Below are positions 11,260-21,049 of a DNA stretch of 64,000 bases, piece by piece. Where the stretch lies: the NCBI GenBank assembly GCA_963681965.1, contig OY820579.1, positions 2,848,001-2,912,000 of the forward strand, read 5' to 3'. The translations under genes and the position numbers were made by a program. The notes under the pieces were generated by a model, which was given only the letters and a program-made list of their open reading frames with translations, was not told the origin of the DNA and made no database searches. Positions within the stretch are counted from its first letter, which is position 1, and each line of letters starts with the position of its first letter. Origin of the DNA: a bacterium (lineage in GTDB: Bacteria > Electryoneota > JAOADG01).

Positions 11260-12069
11260 ATGAAATGTTCGTCTGCAAATCTTTTCATAAAAGTACAATT
11301 TATTGTGTATTTCTGTTTGGCTAGCAGTTCTTCATTTGCTACGACTTTGGGAGTAATTAGCGGATTAGGTCAAATCGATGTGAATGGAGCGATCTATAGC
11401 CATCGATCAGTAGCCATCGATTTTCTAGCCTCAAAATATGACATGGTGTCTTGGGGCGAAATTCGCACGACTGATGTAGTGAGAAGACGTGTACACGATA
11501 TTACTCTTGAAAGTGGGTTCGGCTATGTATGCTATATTCCCGAGAGTAAATGGTGGCTTGGCGGTGGTGTACTGAGTGTGAATACTTCGGGCGATTTTGT
11601 TTCGACGCTACCTTGGGGACAAGCCAGCTACAGTGTCCTCCCTACCTTTTGGTTGCAAACTGCGGTGATCGCTGGAAACCGTGCGGAATATGATCGAGAG
11701 GGTGGAATAGTTCAAAGCGATCTCATGTGTTCCTGGTATAAAAATCGCTGGAATCTTCAATTTGGCGGTTTTGGTGAAGGTGGCAATCAAATCAAACCCA
11801 GTGGTGGCGGAGTCGTGCGGTTGAATTACAATCAACTCAAGTGGCAATTGAAATCGACTACCGTAGTGGGTAATTTTACTCATTGGATCGAACGCGAAAC
11901 TTTACTGAAGTATGAGACCTATCAAACATCGCAGATAGTGAGTCGTGTGACTGGTAGTTATACCCTTTTCCAAAAAATGATTTTGAACGGTACGATCGAA
12001 TTTAACAAAACAAAGGAGTCAGAAGCATGGTTCGGCAATTTCGGCATCAGTTATATATTCGGCTATTGA
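11260..12069 (+). CDS. Hypothetical secreted/outer-membrane beta-rich protein
   Basis: Signal-like N-terminus, alternating beta pattern, aromatic C-terminus (ISYIFGY). Start uncertain (ORF track gives 11188). Confidence 0.55.
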   Translation: MKCSSANLFIKVQFIVYFCLASSSSFATTLGVISGLGQIDVNGAIYSHRSVAIDFLASKYDMVSWGEIRTTDVVRRRVHDITLESGFGYVCYIPESKWWLGGGVLSVNTSGDFVSTLPWGQASYSVLPTFWLQTAVIAGNRAEYDREGGIVQSDLMCSWYKNRWNLQFGGFGEGGNQIKPSGGGVVRLNYNQLKWQLKSTTVVGNFTHWIERETLLKYETYQTSQIVSRVTGSYTLFQKMILNGTIEFNKTKESEAWFGNFGISYIFGY

Positions 12070-12485
12070 GTATCGGGATTATTGTACTCTTAGCATTACC
12101 CTTATTGGCTTTTGCACAATCGAACGTACAATCCGGTTTGGAATACGATAAAGCCGGCAAACCAGTCGCAATCATTGTCTCGGGAAAAAATTCGGAAGAC
12201 AACGATGTGTATCTAGGTGTCTCAATTTACCCTAGTGGAATTGCCGATCCGCTTACACAAGGGATTCATTCCAATGAGACACTTCCTGCAGGACAAGTAT
12301 TTTACAAGCGTTTCCCATTGAACAATACTGTAGCTGGTACATTTGAAGTTGCGGTCTGGGGTAAGAAGATACCGAAAAATATGGCAATCGATCCTAACAA
12401 TTTCTTTGCCAAAAAATGGGGTTTCGTGCTCGATCAGCAGAAATGCTATCTTTCGGGTTGGATTATGCCGTTTGTCGGAAAGTGA
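12027..12485 (+). CDS. Hypothetical secreted protein
   Basis: Signal peptide (LLAFA/QS); overlaps the upstream gene and is followed by a hairpin. Confidence 0.6.
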   Translation: MVRQFRHQLYIRLLSIGIIVLLALPLLAFAQSNVQSGLEYDKAGKPVAIIVSGKNSEDNDVYLGVSIYPSGIADPLTQGIHSNETLPAGQVFYKRFPLNNTVAGTFEVAVWGKKIPKNMAIDPNNFFAKKWGFVLDQQKCYLSGWIMPFVGK

Positions 12486-12493
12486 TTAAATGG

Positions 12494-12538
12494 TTTAATC
12501 GCGCCAGGCAAGCACAACGTTTGCTTGGCGCGATTAAA
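12494..12538. terminator. Bidirectional terminator between convergent genes
   Basis: TTTAATCGCGCCAGGCAAGC-acaac-GTTTGCTTGGCGCGATTAAA long stem. Confidence 0.7.
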
Positions 12539-13715
12539 AATCGGCGATGTGCGCCAACCGGGATCCCTGCTCTTTACTAAAATCAATCAATAGCGGACGT
12601 TCTAGGCGGTGATTAAGTTCATCGCGAAGCAATAATACTTGTGGATGCTGCAAGTCGTTGGGATTAACTTTCGCAACTACACCAGCATAATTTTTCATCA
12701 TCATATTTCGCGCATTTTCGACTCTTACCAGACTACTCACCGGAAACACATTAATAATCGACATCGCGGCAGCCACAACATGCGGATGAAACCATTTACC
12801 CGAGAGCGATAGCATCTCCTCTACCGCATTGAGTGGATCGATCGATTCCAATCGCACACGACCATTTACCAAATTGTCGAAGTAGTCAGACACCGCGATG
12901 ATTTCGGCGTGTCGGAAGATTTTCCCGCGCAATTGTGGTCGATTATGGGTGGGTGGTAATGGATCGCCACTAATTCGCTCCGGAAAACCAGTACCGTCGA
13001 AATTCTCATGGTGCTGATAAATTGCCACGCTTACACTCAATGGCAGCGAATCATCGTCCATCACGATATCCGAACCCATTTTTGGATGCAATAAATATTT
13101 CTTCTGCAATTCCGTCGATCGGTCTAACGGGTGAATGATACGCTCGGCGGGTGTCCAAGAGGATTTTCCCAGATCGTGAAGTAGCGATGCTTGTGCTAGA
13201 TTCTCCAAATCCGGTCGATCGTAATGGAACCGCATCCCGATCATCACTGAGAGAAGAGCTACTTCGAAGGAATGCGAAAAATCGCTTTCAAGACCCAAAG
13301 CAGTCGAAGGGTAGTAATGATTATTAGTGCCGTGTAAAACGGAATCAAGCAGTGTTTGCGAAGCCTGTTTCAAAATCCGGATTTTATTCGGTGTGCGCTC
13401 GGTACGAATCATCGAGCGAGCGTCGTTGGCAGTTTTCGATTCGGATTTACCGGATAACTTCGAAATGGAAATCAGCCGATTGTAAAGTGAGAATACTTTC
13501 CGACGGTCTTCGACATCGATCAAATCTTCGGCAATGATCGATTCGGTACCTTCTTCCTGAATATAGATAAATTGAAATTCGAATTTCCGCAATCGACCGA
13601 TATATTCATCGGTCAGAGTCGTCCCCTGTTTCAAGAGCAAGCGCATCTGATCGTCATAAACTGGACGAGCGAGCACAGTACCAGGAATTAATCGATCAAC
13701 AGTTGCTTGTCGCAT
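12534..13715 (-). CDS. HD-GYP domain phosphodiesterase
   Basis: N-terminal PGTVLARPVYD..LLKQG, HDLGK, HHENFDGTGFP (GYP to GFP), IAVSDYFD. Confidence 0.85.
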   Translation of the reverse strand: MRQATVDRLIPGTVLARPVYDDQMRLLLKQGTTLTDEYIGRLRKFEFQFIYIQEEGTESIIAEDLIDVEDRRKVFSLYNRLISISKLSGKSESKTANDARSMIRTERTPNKIRILKQASQTLLDSVLHGTNNHYYPSTALGLESDFSHSFEVALLSVMIGMRFHYDRPDLENLAQASLLHDLGKSSWTPAERIIHPLDRSTELQKKYLLHPKMGSDIVMDDDSLPLSVSVAIYQHHENFDGTGFPERISGDPLPPTHNRPQLRGKIFRHAEIIAVSDYFDNLVNGRVRLESIDPLNAVEEMLSLSGKWFHPHVVAAAMSIINVFPVSSLVRVENARNMMMKNYAGVVAKVNPNDLQHPQVLLLRDELNHRLERPLLIDFSKEQGSRLAHIADF

Positions 13716-13868
13716 AACCGAATAAGAATTAACAGTCCGAATGAAGAATCATTATCTACCTACCACAATATCGACTTGATGTCGCGGTACATTAATAATG
13801 AAATATCTGCCATTTTGCAAATCAAATTCAAGTCAAGGAAAAGAATAAAATCCCCGAAATCTGCCCAA

Positions 13869-15125
13869 TTACATGAATATTGCAGCAATTGCAGCAGTTA
13901 CCCAATTGGCAAAGGCACCGCAGAACATCATTTTCAAACCAATCGATGCCAACTCTGTGCGCTTTTCGGGTACAAGTGCACTTATTCCACCGATTTGGAT
14001 CGCAATACTGGAAAAATTGGAAAAACCACACAACGCATACGTTGCAAGTGAAATCGAGCGTGGCGACAGCGTACCTGCAGCTTTCATTTGGGCAAGATCG
14101 GCATAAGCAACAAATTCATTTACCGAGATTTGGGTTCCAAGCAAATATCCGACTTTACCAGCTTCCGACCAGGGAATCCCCAGCATCCAGGCGAATGGCG
14201 CGAAAATTACCCCAAAAATGTCTTTCAACGACTCGGGAAACCAAGTGATATTGGTATAGAACCACACTTGTCCATGCATCCAACTCAGTACAACATTCAA
14301 TCCCGCAATCAAGGCGATGAAGGCTATCAGCATGGCAGCGATATTGAGTGCCAATTTCATACCATCCGATGCACCGGATGAAGCGGCATCGATCAGATTG
14401 GTGTAATACTGCTCGCGGGGTACTTTTACATTACCGTACGTCAACGGTTTACCAAGTTCGGGAATTGCCAATTTGGCGAACATCAATGCCGAGGGTGCCG
14501 ACATCACTGACGCTGCGATAATATGATTCGCGGGAATACCCATTGCGATATATCCCGCCATTACACCGCCGGCGATCGTCGCATATCCGCCACACATGAT
14601 CGCGGCTAATTCCGAGCGGGTGGCGGTTTTCAAATAAGGGCGAATCAGTAATGGCGCTTCGGTCTGACCAAGAAAAATGTTGGCGGCACAGGATAGCGAT
14701 TCGGCACCGGACGTATTCATGGTTTTCGCCATGATACGCGCAACTAGTTCAACGACGGGTTGCATGATGCGGGCATGATACAAGAGCGCCATAAAAGCGG
14801 AAAAGAAAATCACAGTCGGTAATACCAGCAGTGCAAATTGAAAGCCGAAAGTATTCATGTACTCCGGTTTGACGATGTTTCCAAATAAGAACTCGGAACC
14901 GTATTTCGAAAGCGAGAGAAATTCCGAAACGCGATCGCCAAACCAGCCGAGTGCTTTGATGCCGGGGGGAAAAACCAAAATCAATACGGCGAAAATTGCT
15001 TGTAATCCGACACCCCAAATGATTGTGCGCCATGGAATGCGTTTGCGATCTTCGGCAAACAATAACCAAACAATCAGTAACAGCATTGGAATAGCAAAAA
15101 TTGCTCGAATTGAATCGGCACTCAT
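13869..15125 (-). CDS. nupC: NupC/CNT family nucleoside transporter
   Basis: ANIFLGQTEAPLLIRPY, SVMSAP, NEFVAY, ALCGFSNFSSIAIQIGG. Confidence 0.9.
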   Translation of the reverse strand: MSADSIRAIFAIPMLLLIVWLLFAEDRKRIPWRTIIWGVGLQAIFAVLILVFPPGIKALGWFGDRVSEFLSLSKYGSEFLFGNIVKPEYMNTFGFQFALLVLPTVIFFSAFMALLYHARIMQPVVELVARIMAKTMNTSGAESLSCAANIFLGQTEAPLLIRPYLKTATRSELAAIMCGGYATIAGGVMAGYIAMGIPANHIIAASVMSAPSALMFAKLAIPELGKPLTYGNVKVPREQYYTNLIDAASSGASDGMKLALNIAAMLIAFIALIAGLNVVLSWMHGQVWFYTNITWFPESLKDIFGVIFAPFAWMLGIPWSEAGKVGYLLGTQISVNEFVAYADLAQMKAAGTLSPRSISLATYALCGFSNFSSIAIQIGGISALVPEKRTELASIGLKMMFCGAFANWVTAAIAAIFM

Positions 15126-15259
15126 GAAGTACTCCACAGCAAGAAGGAAGAAAAATGACAGGAAGGAAAGATACGGCTTCGGTTTCGGGTATTACAATTC
15201 AAGTTTGCAGAGTAATATAAATTCAATGAATAAAACAAAATAACTGGGTTGAACTGCAT

Positions 15260-15300
15260 AAAAAAAGGTATTACTCAATCTTGCGAAGGAATAATACCCT
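15260..15300 (-). terminator. Native terminator of the tRNA-Pro locus
   Basis: GGTATTATTC...GAGTAATACC followed by T7 on the minus strand, just downstream of the displaced 3' tRNA half. Confidence 0.65.
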
Positions 15301-15315
15301 TGTTTCGGTAAATCT

Positions 15316-15365
15316 GTGTCGGGACGACTGGATTTGAACCAGCGACCCCTAGACCCCCAGTCTAG
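15316..15365 (-). repeat. att site: displaced 3' half of tRNA-Pro (50-bp direct repeat of 20638-20687)
   Basis: Exact match from the anticodon stem to the acceptor end plus 3 flanking nt; no D-arm or 5' acceptor strand. Confidence 0.95.
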
Positions 15366-15570
15366 CTCTTGAACGATTAGCGATAATGTATCTTATTACG
15401 TTTGTGAGAATTAGAGCTGACTAAGAAATCGAACTGCTAACGGTTTTTAGTGTTTTTTAGTCGTTAACCGTTAGCACCAATCTCGTCAATCTTCGAGTCA
15501 AAGTCAAGAGGGAGGTAGGAATTCAATTTTTTTTCTTGAATTCACCACAGCGAGATTCCCTAACAGGAGT

Positions 15571-15861
15571 ATGATGAAGAAATCAGATTACGCTCGAACC
15601 GAGGATGGTTGGAAAGATATTTACGAACGCAATCCGAATGCAACAAATGAACGTGTTGCTTCAGTTGTACCACTAGAGTCTAATGGAACCAACTTTTCTG
15701 GTACTTTGGAACGAGGTGCTTCAGTCCAATTACCACCTTTGGGATCGGAAAGAACCCAAGGTGATTTTTCTGGTGAAGTTGGTACTGCCCAAACTCGACC
15801 GGAACTGTCGGAAAGAAAATTAACTACTCCCATTTCGAATCCTCTCTACAAACGTACATGA
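15571..15861 (+). CDS. Hypothetical small protein
   Basis: CAGGAG RBS before ATG; no recognisable motif; an antisense ORF competes. Confidence 0.3.
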   Translation: MMKKSDYARTEDGWKDIYERNPNATNERVASVVPLESNGTNFSGTLERGASVQLPPLGSERTQGDFSGEVGTAQTRPELSERKLTTPISNPLYKRT

Positions 15862-15890
15862 AATGATACATTACCAATTTACACAGAAAG

Positions 15891-16514
15891 CTATCCCCGC
15901 CATTCACCGATATCGGAAAATGGACAATCGACTTCCCAATGAAACTTGCCATAACGAAAATTCGATTCCATACTGGAAACACCGCTATGAACCCAGATAT
16001 TTGGTTCAAGCATGGCATCACAGAATTTTATACAATAAAAATGAGTTATGGAATCACTACGAGCTTGATTTCTAAAATATTGTAAACCACCATGATAATT
16101 ACCAGAAGTATCGAATTGATAATCTGCCCAAAATTCTAGAATTTCGTCATTCAATCTGTGATACATCATTCGACTTCGCCATCGCAGTGTATCGCTTGTG
16201 CCAACATAAGTCGAATCATAGAAATACTTGTTAGGTCGTTTAACAAATTTCACATGAAGCTTTTCATTAACGGTTCCCGAGTCTGTTACAAAACATAGAG
16301 TTGAATCGCTCCAATGAACAGTGTTATCGGGATGAAATCCATGAAAACTAACAGGTAAACTATCGATAAACATTGTAGATGAATCGTAAAAATAACCTGC
16401 TTCAGCAACACCGTCCATAGCAATCCAGTGAAATCCATTAAAATGGATCGGAGCAGCAAGTGAAAGAGAGAATAAAATTGAACTAAACAGAATTACCAAT
16501 ATTGAGTGTCTCAT
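15891..16514 (-). CDS. Hypothetical secreted protein
   Basis: Signal peptide (MRHSILVILFSSILFSLSLA); GAGG RBS; follows the SBBP gene. Confidence 0.55.
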   Translation of the reverse strand: MRHSILVILFSSILFSLSLAAPIHFNGFHWIAMDGVAEAGYFYDSSTMFIDSLPVSFHGFHPDNTVHWSDSTLCFVTDSGTVNEKLHVKFVKRPNKYFYDSTYVGTSDTLRWRSRMMYHRLNDEILEFWADYQFDTSGNYHGGLQYFRNQARSDSITHFYCIKFCDAMLEPNIWVHSGVSSMESNFRYGKFHWEVDCPFSDIGEWRG

Positions 16515-16545
16515 GGAAAAATCCTCATTGAATGGTTTGTAAATA

Positions 16546-19146
16546 CTATTTAATAATCATCATCTTACGTACTGAAGATTGATGATTCGTCGTAAATCGA
16601 TAAAAATACTCGCCTGAGGGCAAGCTTTTCGCATTAAAAACAATTCGATGAACGCCCGAATACTGATCCTCATCGACTATACTTCGAATCTTTCTCCCAA
16701 GCAAATCGAATAAATCAATTTTTACATGTTCTGTGGATGGAATCGAATATTCTATCGTTGTTGATGAATTGTACGGATTGGGGTAATTCTGGCAAAGAAT
16801 CATCGAAGTTGGAAGATTTAACTCATAATTCTTAACACCAAGGGTGTCAAATCGAAATTGAGTGATAAAACAATCGCCTTCAAGACTGCCACCGTTATAC
16901 ACCGTATCGAACGCCGAAATTGTCGTTGGCAAATTGCTACTTGTAGTTGAGCCCACAAATACGATGGAACAATTATTTTCGGTCACCATTCCAAAAGTAT
17001 TATCTGTTCCATTTCCACCAAAATAAGTTGAATAAGTAATATTTGAAACAAAATAATTTAATTTAGCAACAAAACAATCATATCCGCCTTGGTTAAGTCT
17101 TGAATATGCATCGATTGTCGTAGGGAAATCCGAACTATTCGTAATACCTGTAATATATATAGAATTTAGATTATCAATAAAAAGACCATTTCCAGATTCA
17201 TATCCTAATCCTCCTAAAAAAGTACTAGACACTAATCGAGAAGAATCACAATCTAGTACACTGAGAATGCAGTCCATAGAACCACTTAAACTTGTATCAA
17301 TTCCAACAGCAGTAACTGGATAATTTGTACTATATGTCTCTCCTGTCATCACAACATTTCTATTACTATTTATTAATATATTATTCACTACATCCTCATT
17401 ATCTCCGCCTAAATAAGTACTGAAGAGTAAATTAGAACAGGTCGAATCAAAAATAGAAATAAATCCGTCAGACCATCCTCTGTTGAAAGTAGAATCAAAT
17501 GAATTTATAGTTGCTGGAAAATCACTACTTGAAGTAAATCCCGCAATGATAATTTGATTGCGATTATTAAGATTAATAGTATTGCAAAAATCTAAATTTG
17601 TTCCTCCAAAATATGTACTATTAAATATCAGTGATCCAGTCGGATTGATATGCGAGATAAAACAGTCATACTCACCTCCATTAAAGGTAATATTATAAGC
17701 ATTTGTTGTAATTGGAAAATCAGTACTTGAGGTGTTTCCTGTTATTATTGCTCCTCCAATACCATCGGGAATAATGTCTTCACCAACATCACTGTTCATG
17801 CCACCGATAAATTGACTATAAATTAATCGTGATCCAGAGCTATTAACTTTAGTGATAAAACAGTCGCTTGTCGGTAGAGTTGGACTAAGATGAAAGAGAT
17901 TATCAGCAGGAAAGTTCTCACTAAAAGTCGAACCTGTAACAATTACTCCACTAAGACTATCATTACATATTGCACTTCCATAATCAACATCGGATCCTCC
18001 GAGATAAGTACAGAATATCAACGCAGATCCATCACTATTTACATGCGCAATAAAACAATCACTCGAACCATTATAGGATATATCACCAGCTCCTTCTGTT
18101 ATAGGAAAATTATTACTCGCAGTCTCACCAGTTACAACACACCCTCCATTCATATCATTCACAACAGCATTTGCCACATCATTTCCACTCCCACCCAAAT
18201 AGGTACTATACACCAACGGATCGATCCGCAGCATCTGCGAGTTATCATACCCATTTGGCAAATCGATCGCGAAGACATTTCCTGACTCGAGTCTGAATTG
18301 TGCCGTGACATTGTTTCCATGAGTGCCATCAGTAATGGTTTGGTATGCACCCGGAATTGACATCCGTAATTCACCGAGGGAGGTGGGAAGCGAAAGTTCA
18401 TTTGATAAGAGGAGGTCGGACACTCCTGTCCGACTCCTTTTTGTGATAGAATTAATTGAGTCGACGGACAAGAGTGTCCGTCCACCGCCTACTATTGGCG
18501 CTTCCAATCCCTCACACACCATCTTGATTTGCTTCGGATCGGCACCGGGATGTACAACGAAATCGAATTCGAGATGACCCTTGCTCTCATACCATTCGAC
18601 ATCAATGCCGTCCCACACATCGTGATACACCACACGCGTAAAATTGCGGCAATCCGGTGCCCACTTTGAGGAATCATTCCCGAGGAAATAATTGTTGTGC
18701 CACGATAATTCACCCTGTGTATCGATGGATTTTGCGCAAGTGTATTTTCGTAGGTCGGAATTTATTCCGACATCCTCTTGTGTCGCGCATTCACCGACAA
18801 ATTTGAATTTGAGGGCATGCGATTTTAACGCATAGCGCGGTGGGAGATCGCGATCCATCGGGTCAAAAGATAGATTGCCACGTCCGCCGCTTTGCGTCGT
18901 CCTCGCAATAACAGAGGAAGAATCAATCACGGAGGTTACAAGGGTGACACCATCGCGCTCAAGGAACCAGGCGAAGCCATCGCGCCGCACCTCGCATTTA
19001 TACACCACGGCGGAATCCCACTGCCCTTTATTCTCGGTAAACTGGAATGGGTGTGGCAGCCGCGTCGATTGCACACTGACTCCATACGCTGAACCGATCA
19101 GGATAACGACTGCGAGGATCGTCTGAATGAATCTTTTCGTTCGCAT
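16546..19146 (-). CDS. SBBP (beta-propeller) repeat protein with T9SS-type C-terminal sorting domain
   Basis: FTENKGQW N-domain, IDPLVYSTYLGG, repeated STYLGG...D / VTG.T.S.NFP.T units, C-terminal QNYPNPYNSST...GEYFYR. Confidence 0.85.
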   Translation of the reverse strand: MRTKRFIQTILAVVILIGSAYGVSVQSTRLPHPFQFTENKGQWDSAVVYKCEVRRDGFAWFLERDGVTLVTSVIDSSSVIARTTQSGGRGNLSFDPMDRDLPPRYALKSHALKFKFVGECATQEDVGINSDLRKYTCAKSIDTQGELSWHNNYFLGNDSSKWAPDCRNFTRVVYHDVWDGIDVEWYESKGHLEFDFVVHPGADPKQIKMVCEGLEAPIVGGGRTLLSVDSINSITKRSRTGVSDLLLSNELSLPTSLGELRMSIPGAYQTITDGTHGNNVTAQFRLESGNVFAIDLPNGYDNSQMLRIDPLVYSTYLGGSGNDVANAVVNDMNGGCVVTGETASNNFPITEGAGDISYNGSSDCFIAHVNSDGSALIFCTYLGGSDVDYGSAICNDSLSGVIVTGSTFSENFPADNLFHLSPTLPTSDCFITKVNSSGSRLIYSQFIGGMNSDVGEDIIPDGIGGAIITGNTSSTDFPITTNAYNITFNGGEYDCFISHINPTGSLIFNSTYFGGTNLDFCNTINLNNRNQIIIAGFTSSSDFPATINSFDSTFNRGWSDGFISIFDSTCSNLLFSTYLGGDNEDVVNNILINSNRNVVMTGETYSTNYPVTAVGIDTSLSGSMDCILSVLDCDSSRLVSSTFLGGLGYESGNGLFIDNLNSIYITGITNSSDFPTTIDAYSRLNQGGYDCFVAKLNYFVSNITYSTYFGGNGTDNTFGMVTENNCSIVFVGSTTSSNLPTTISAFDTVYNGGSLEGDCFITQFRFDTLGVKNYELNLPTSMILCQNYPNPYNSSTTIEYSIPSTEHVKIDLFDLLGRKIRSIVDEDQYSGVHRIVFNAKSLPSGEYFYRFTTNHQSSVRKMMIIK
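18411..18486. repeat. Inverted REP doublet (REPIN-like) inside a CDS
   Basis: GGAGGTCGGACACTCCTGTCCGAC (18411-18434) and inverted GGTGGACGGACACTCTTGTCCGTC (18463-18486), each palindromic. Confidence 0.7.
18750..18771 (+). repeat. GTAG-type REP inside a CDS
   Basis: GTAG-GTCGGAAT-tt-ATTCCGAC. Confidence 0.65.
18872..18912 (-). repeat. RPE-like palindromic element inside a CDS
   Basis: GTTATTGCGAGG...CGTGGCAATCT resembles the widespread GTCATTGCGAG...GCAATC short palindromic repeat. Confidence 0.6.
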
Positions 19147-19185
19147 CTTTCCTCCACTTCCTTCTAACCTAGTTCAGCATACAAG

Positions 19186-19290
19186 AAAACGCCCAGCACT
19201 TCAAGCATGGGCGCAGAATACTCAGTAAACCAGTAAGATTTTCGGTTACATCGATCTTACACTGCAAGCCGCCCAAGTATGTTTCCGTCG
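19186..19290 (-). promoter_or_regulatory. Putative leader with terminator hairpin upstream of element-1 cargo
   Basis: Motif GGCTTGCAGTGTAAGAT (19254-19270) and hairpin CGCCCA...TGGGCG followed by TTTT; similar to 37215-37421. Confidence 0.4.
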
Positions 19291-19536
19291 TAATTAGTCA
19301 TAAAATAAGATCATTGACATCCGCTATCAATACTAAATAAAATATTCTGCAGAATCATCCTAGAGTTATCGATTCTCACATTGTATTGATAATAGTATTA
19401 GTGAATATTTGGCGTTGATCGATAGCAAATTCCATTCTTTACAAGTGGGTAGTTAGGCGTGTTGAATATTATTATAATTGAAAGTATTAGTATCGGTTGA
19501 ACGTTTTTTTATTCTACACGCTTCAATGCGCACGCA

Positions 19537-20565
19537 TTAAATAGTCGATATCCGACTCCCCACCACATTCACCGCACTTCTTAAATCCTCTACTCCCATG
19601 TGAGCGTAGTATTTCTCGGTAACGACTACCGAGGAGTGTCCCAGCACCTTGGAAGCGTGGTAGAGACTAACGCCATTGCGAACCATGATCGAAGCACAGG
19701 TATGGCGTAATGTGTGGAAATGGACTTTCTCGGAAAACCCAAGCTTCCGACACCATTTCTTGAAGGCGTGGGTAACCCAAGTCCCTTTGAGTGGGTGCGA
19801 TCCATCCTGAGTAAAGATATACTCACAGGTCTTAGGAAGCTGCTCCAGCATTTTCACTACTGTGGATGAAACCGGAATACAGCGAGCCTTCCCCGACTTA
19901 GATTCATGAATTGTTAACAAACCACGTACCGAGTCAAAATCGCTCCACGTTAGCCTACAAAGCTCATTCCTGCGTAAACCAGTATGAACTGCCATGATTA
20001 CTAACGAACGCAGCCATGAGTCACTGATCGAGTTTATGAGCTGTTCTACATCGTTCTCGGATAATGCCACAGTATCGCTAGGAACCTTGATCAGGTTCTT
20101 TCCTGAGATCGGTACTTCCTGCAACAGTCCCCACCGCTTGGCTTGAAAGAAGGCACTCCGTAGCGTTCGAAGTTCGATATTCACTGTCACGGGTTTGACT
20201 TCTGACATTCTTACGCTTTTAAAACGATCAATTAGGAGTTGATTGATAGAAGCAATGGGGATATCCCCAAGTACTCTGATCATATTCTTGAGCGTCCATC
20301 GCATTAAATCGGTTGATCCACAGGTATGGTTTGAGCTAGACCACATAAGACAGTCTTTAGCAAACGCCGATAACAAACACTGATCACTGTGTTTTATCGT
20401 GGTGGGTGTTTTAGTAGGTTTCTTTAGTTTCTGAAGTTTGAAGTCGATAAGGAACTTCTGTGCATCCACTTTGTTTGTCATACCAGTGGATTTCCAGCGA
20501 ATATGTCCCTTTTCAGAAATCTTCAGATACCAGATTGAGCCACGTAGGAAAAGAGAAAACGGCAT
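19537..20565 (-). CDS. Tyrosine recombinase/integrase of element 1
   Basis: HTGLRRNE (R), HFHTLRHT (HxxR), LGHSS (H), TEKYYAH (Y); N-terminal arm-binding-like strand motif. Confidence 0.92.
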   Translation of the reverse strand: MPFSLFLRGSIWYLKISEKGHIRWKSTGMTNKVDAQKFLIDFKLQKLKKPTKTPTTIKHSDQCLLSAFAKDCLMWSSSNHTCGSTDLMRWTLKNMIRVLGDIPIASINQLLIDRFKSVRMSEVKPVTVNIELRTLRSAFFQAKRWGLLQEVPISGKNLIKVPSDTVALSENDVEQLINSISDSWLRSLVIMAVHTGLRRNELCRLTWSDFDSVRGLLTIHESKSGKARCIPVSSTVVKMLEQLPKTCEYIFTQDGSHPLKGTWVTHAFKKWCRKLGFSEKVHFHTLRHTCASIMVRNGVSLYHASKVLGHSSVVVTEKYYAHMGVEDLRSAVNVVGSRISTI

Positions 20566-20640
20566 TGAAAACTCCTTTCAGAGATTCAATACCGTTAGCA
20601 GTATTGTGGGTAAAGTGTTAGCACCTCACCCCTACAAGTG

Positions 20641-20714
20641 TCGGGACGACTGGATTTGAACCAGCGACCCCTAGACCCCCAGTCTAGTGCGCTACCAGGC
20701 TGCGCCACGTCCCG
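20641..20714 (-). tRNA. tRNA-Pro(GGG), intact, CCA not encoded
   Basis: Cloverleaf: CGGGACG/CGTCCCG acceptor, GCGC D-stem, CTAGA-CTGGGGG-TCTAG anticodon arm, GCTGG-TTCAAAT-CCAGT T-arm. Confidence 0.97.
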
Positions 20715-21011
20715 TTGTGTTTCAAAATATTTCAATCCAATTCAGCATCTGCGATTGACCATCAAAAGGTATAAAAGCAAGACTGTTTGGGTTTGGACAT
20801 TTTGAACAGATTTCACTGCTTAATCAACCCATTTTATTAGCAGTTTCATTAGCAATTACAACACGTCAACAAATTCGCTAATGGCAGGTTAAACATGCCT
20901 TTCACAGCATCACTGTATAGTTACTGCTGTCAGGAATTCACGAATTTTATTAGCAACTGCATCGTGCAAGATACATTCTTTAACCTTATTAGTCAAGTTT
21001 CTACTGTAGTA

Positions 21012-21049
21012 CTAGGTTTCGCTGGTTCAAATCCAGTCGTCCCGACACA
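21012..21049 (+). repeat. Inverted copy of the tRNA-Pro 3' end
   Basis: 21019-21049 is the exact reverse complement of 15315-15345; extends to 21012 with 2 mismatches. Confidence 0.9.

Larger units (their letters stand above)
15348..20687. mobile_element. Integrative element 1 (about 5.3 kb): tyrosine integrase plus SBBP/T9SS cargo
   Basis: Bounded by tRNA-Pro 3'-half direct repeats; integrase adjacent to the intact tRNA; ACCGTTAGCA repeats at both ends. Confidence 0.85.

Noticed and set aside
15319-15365. Additional tRNA genes at 15.3, 21.0 and 38.5 kb
   Set aside because: Each lacks half of the cloverleaf; they are att or fragment copies.
15621-16021. Frameshifted continuation of the 15891-16514 gene
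   Set aside because: Several stops in frame and no motif to anchor a pseudogene call.
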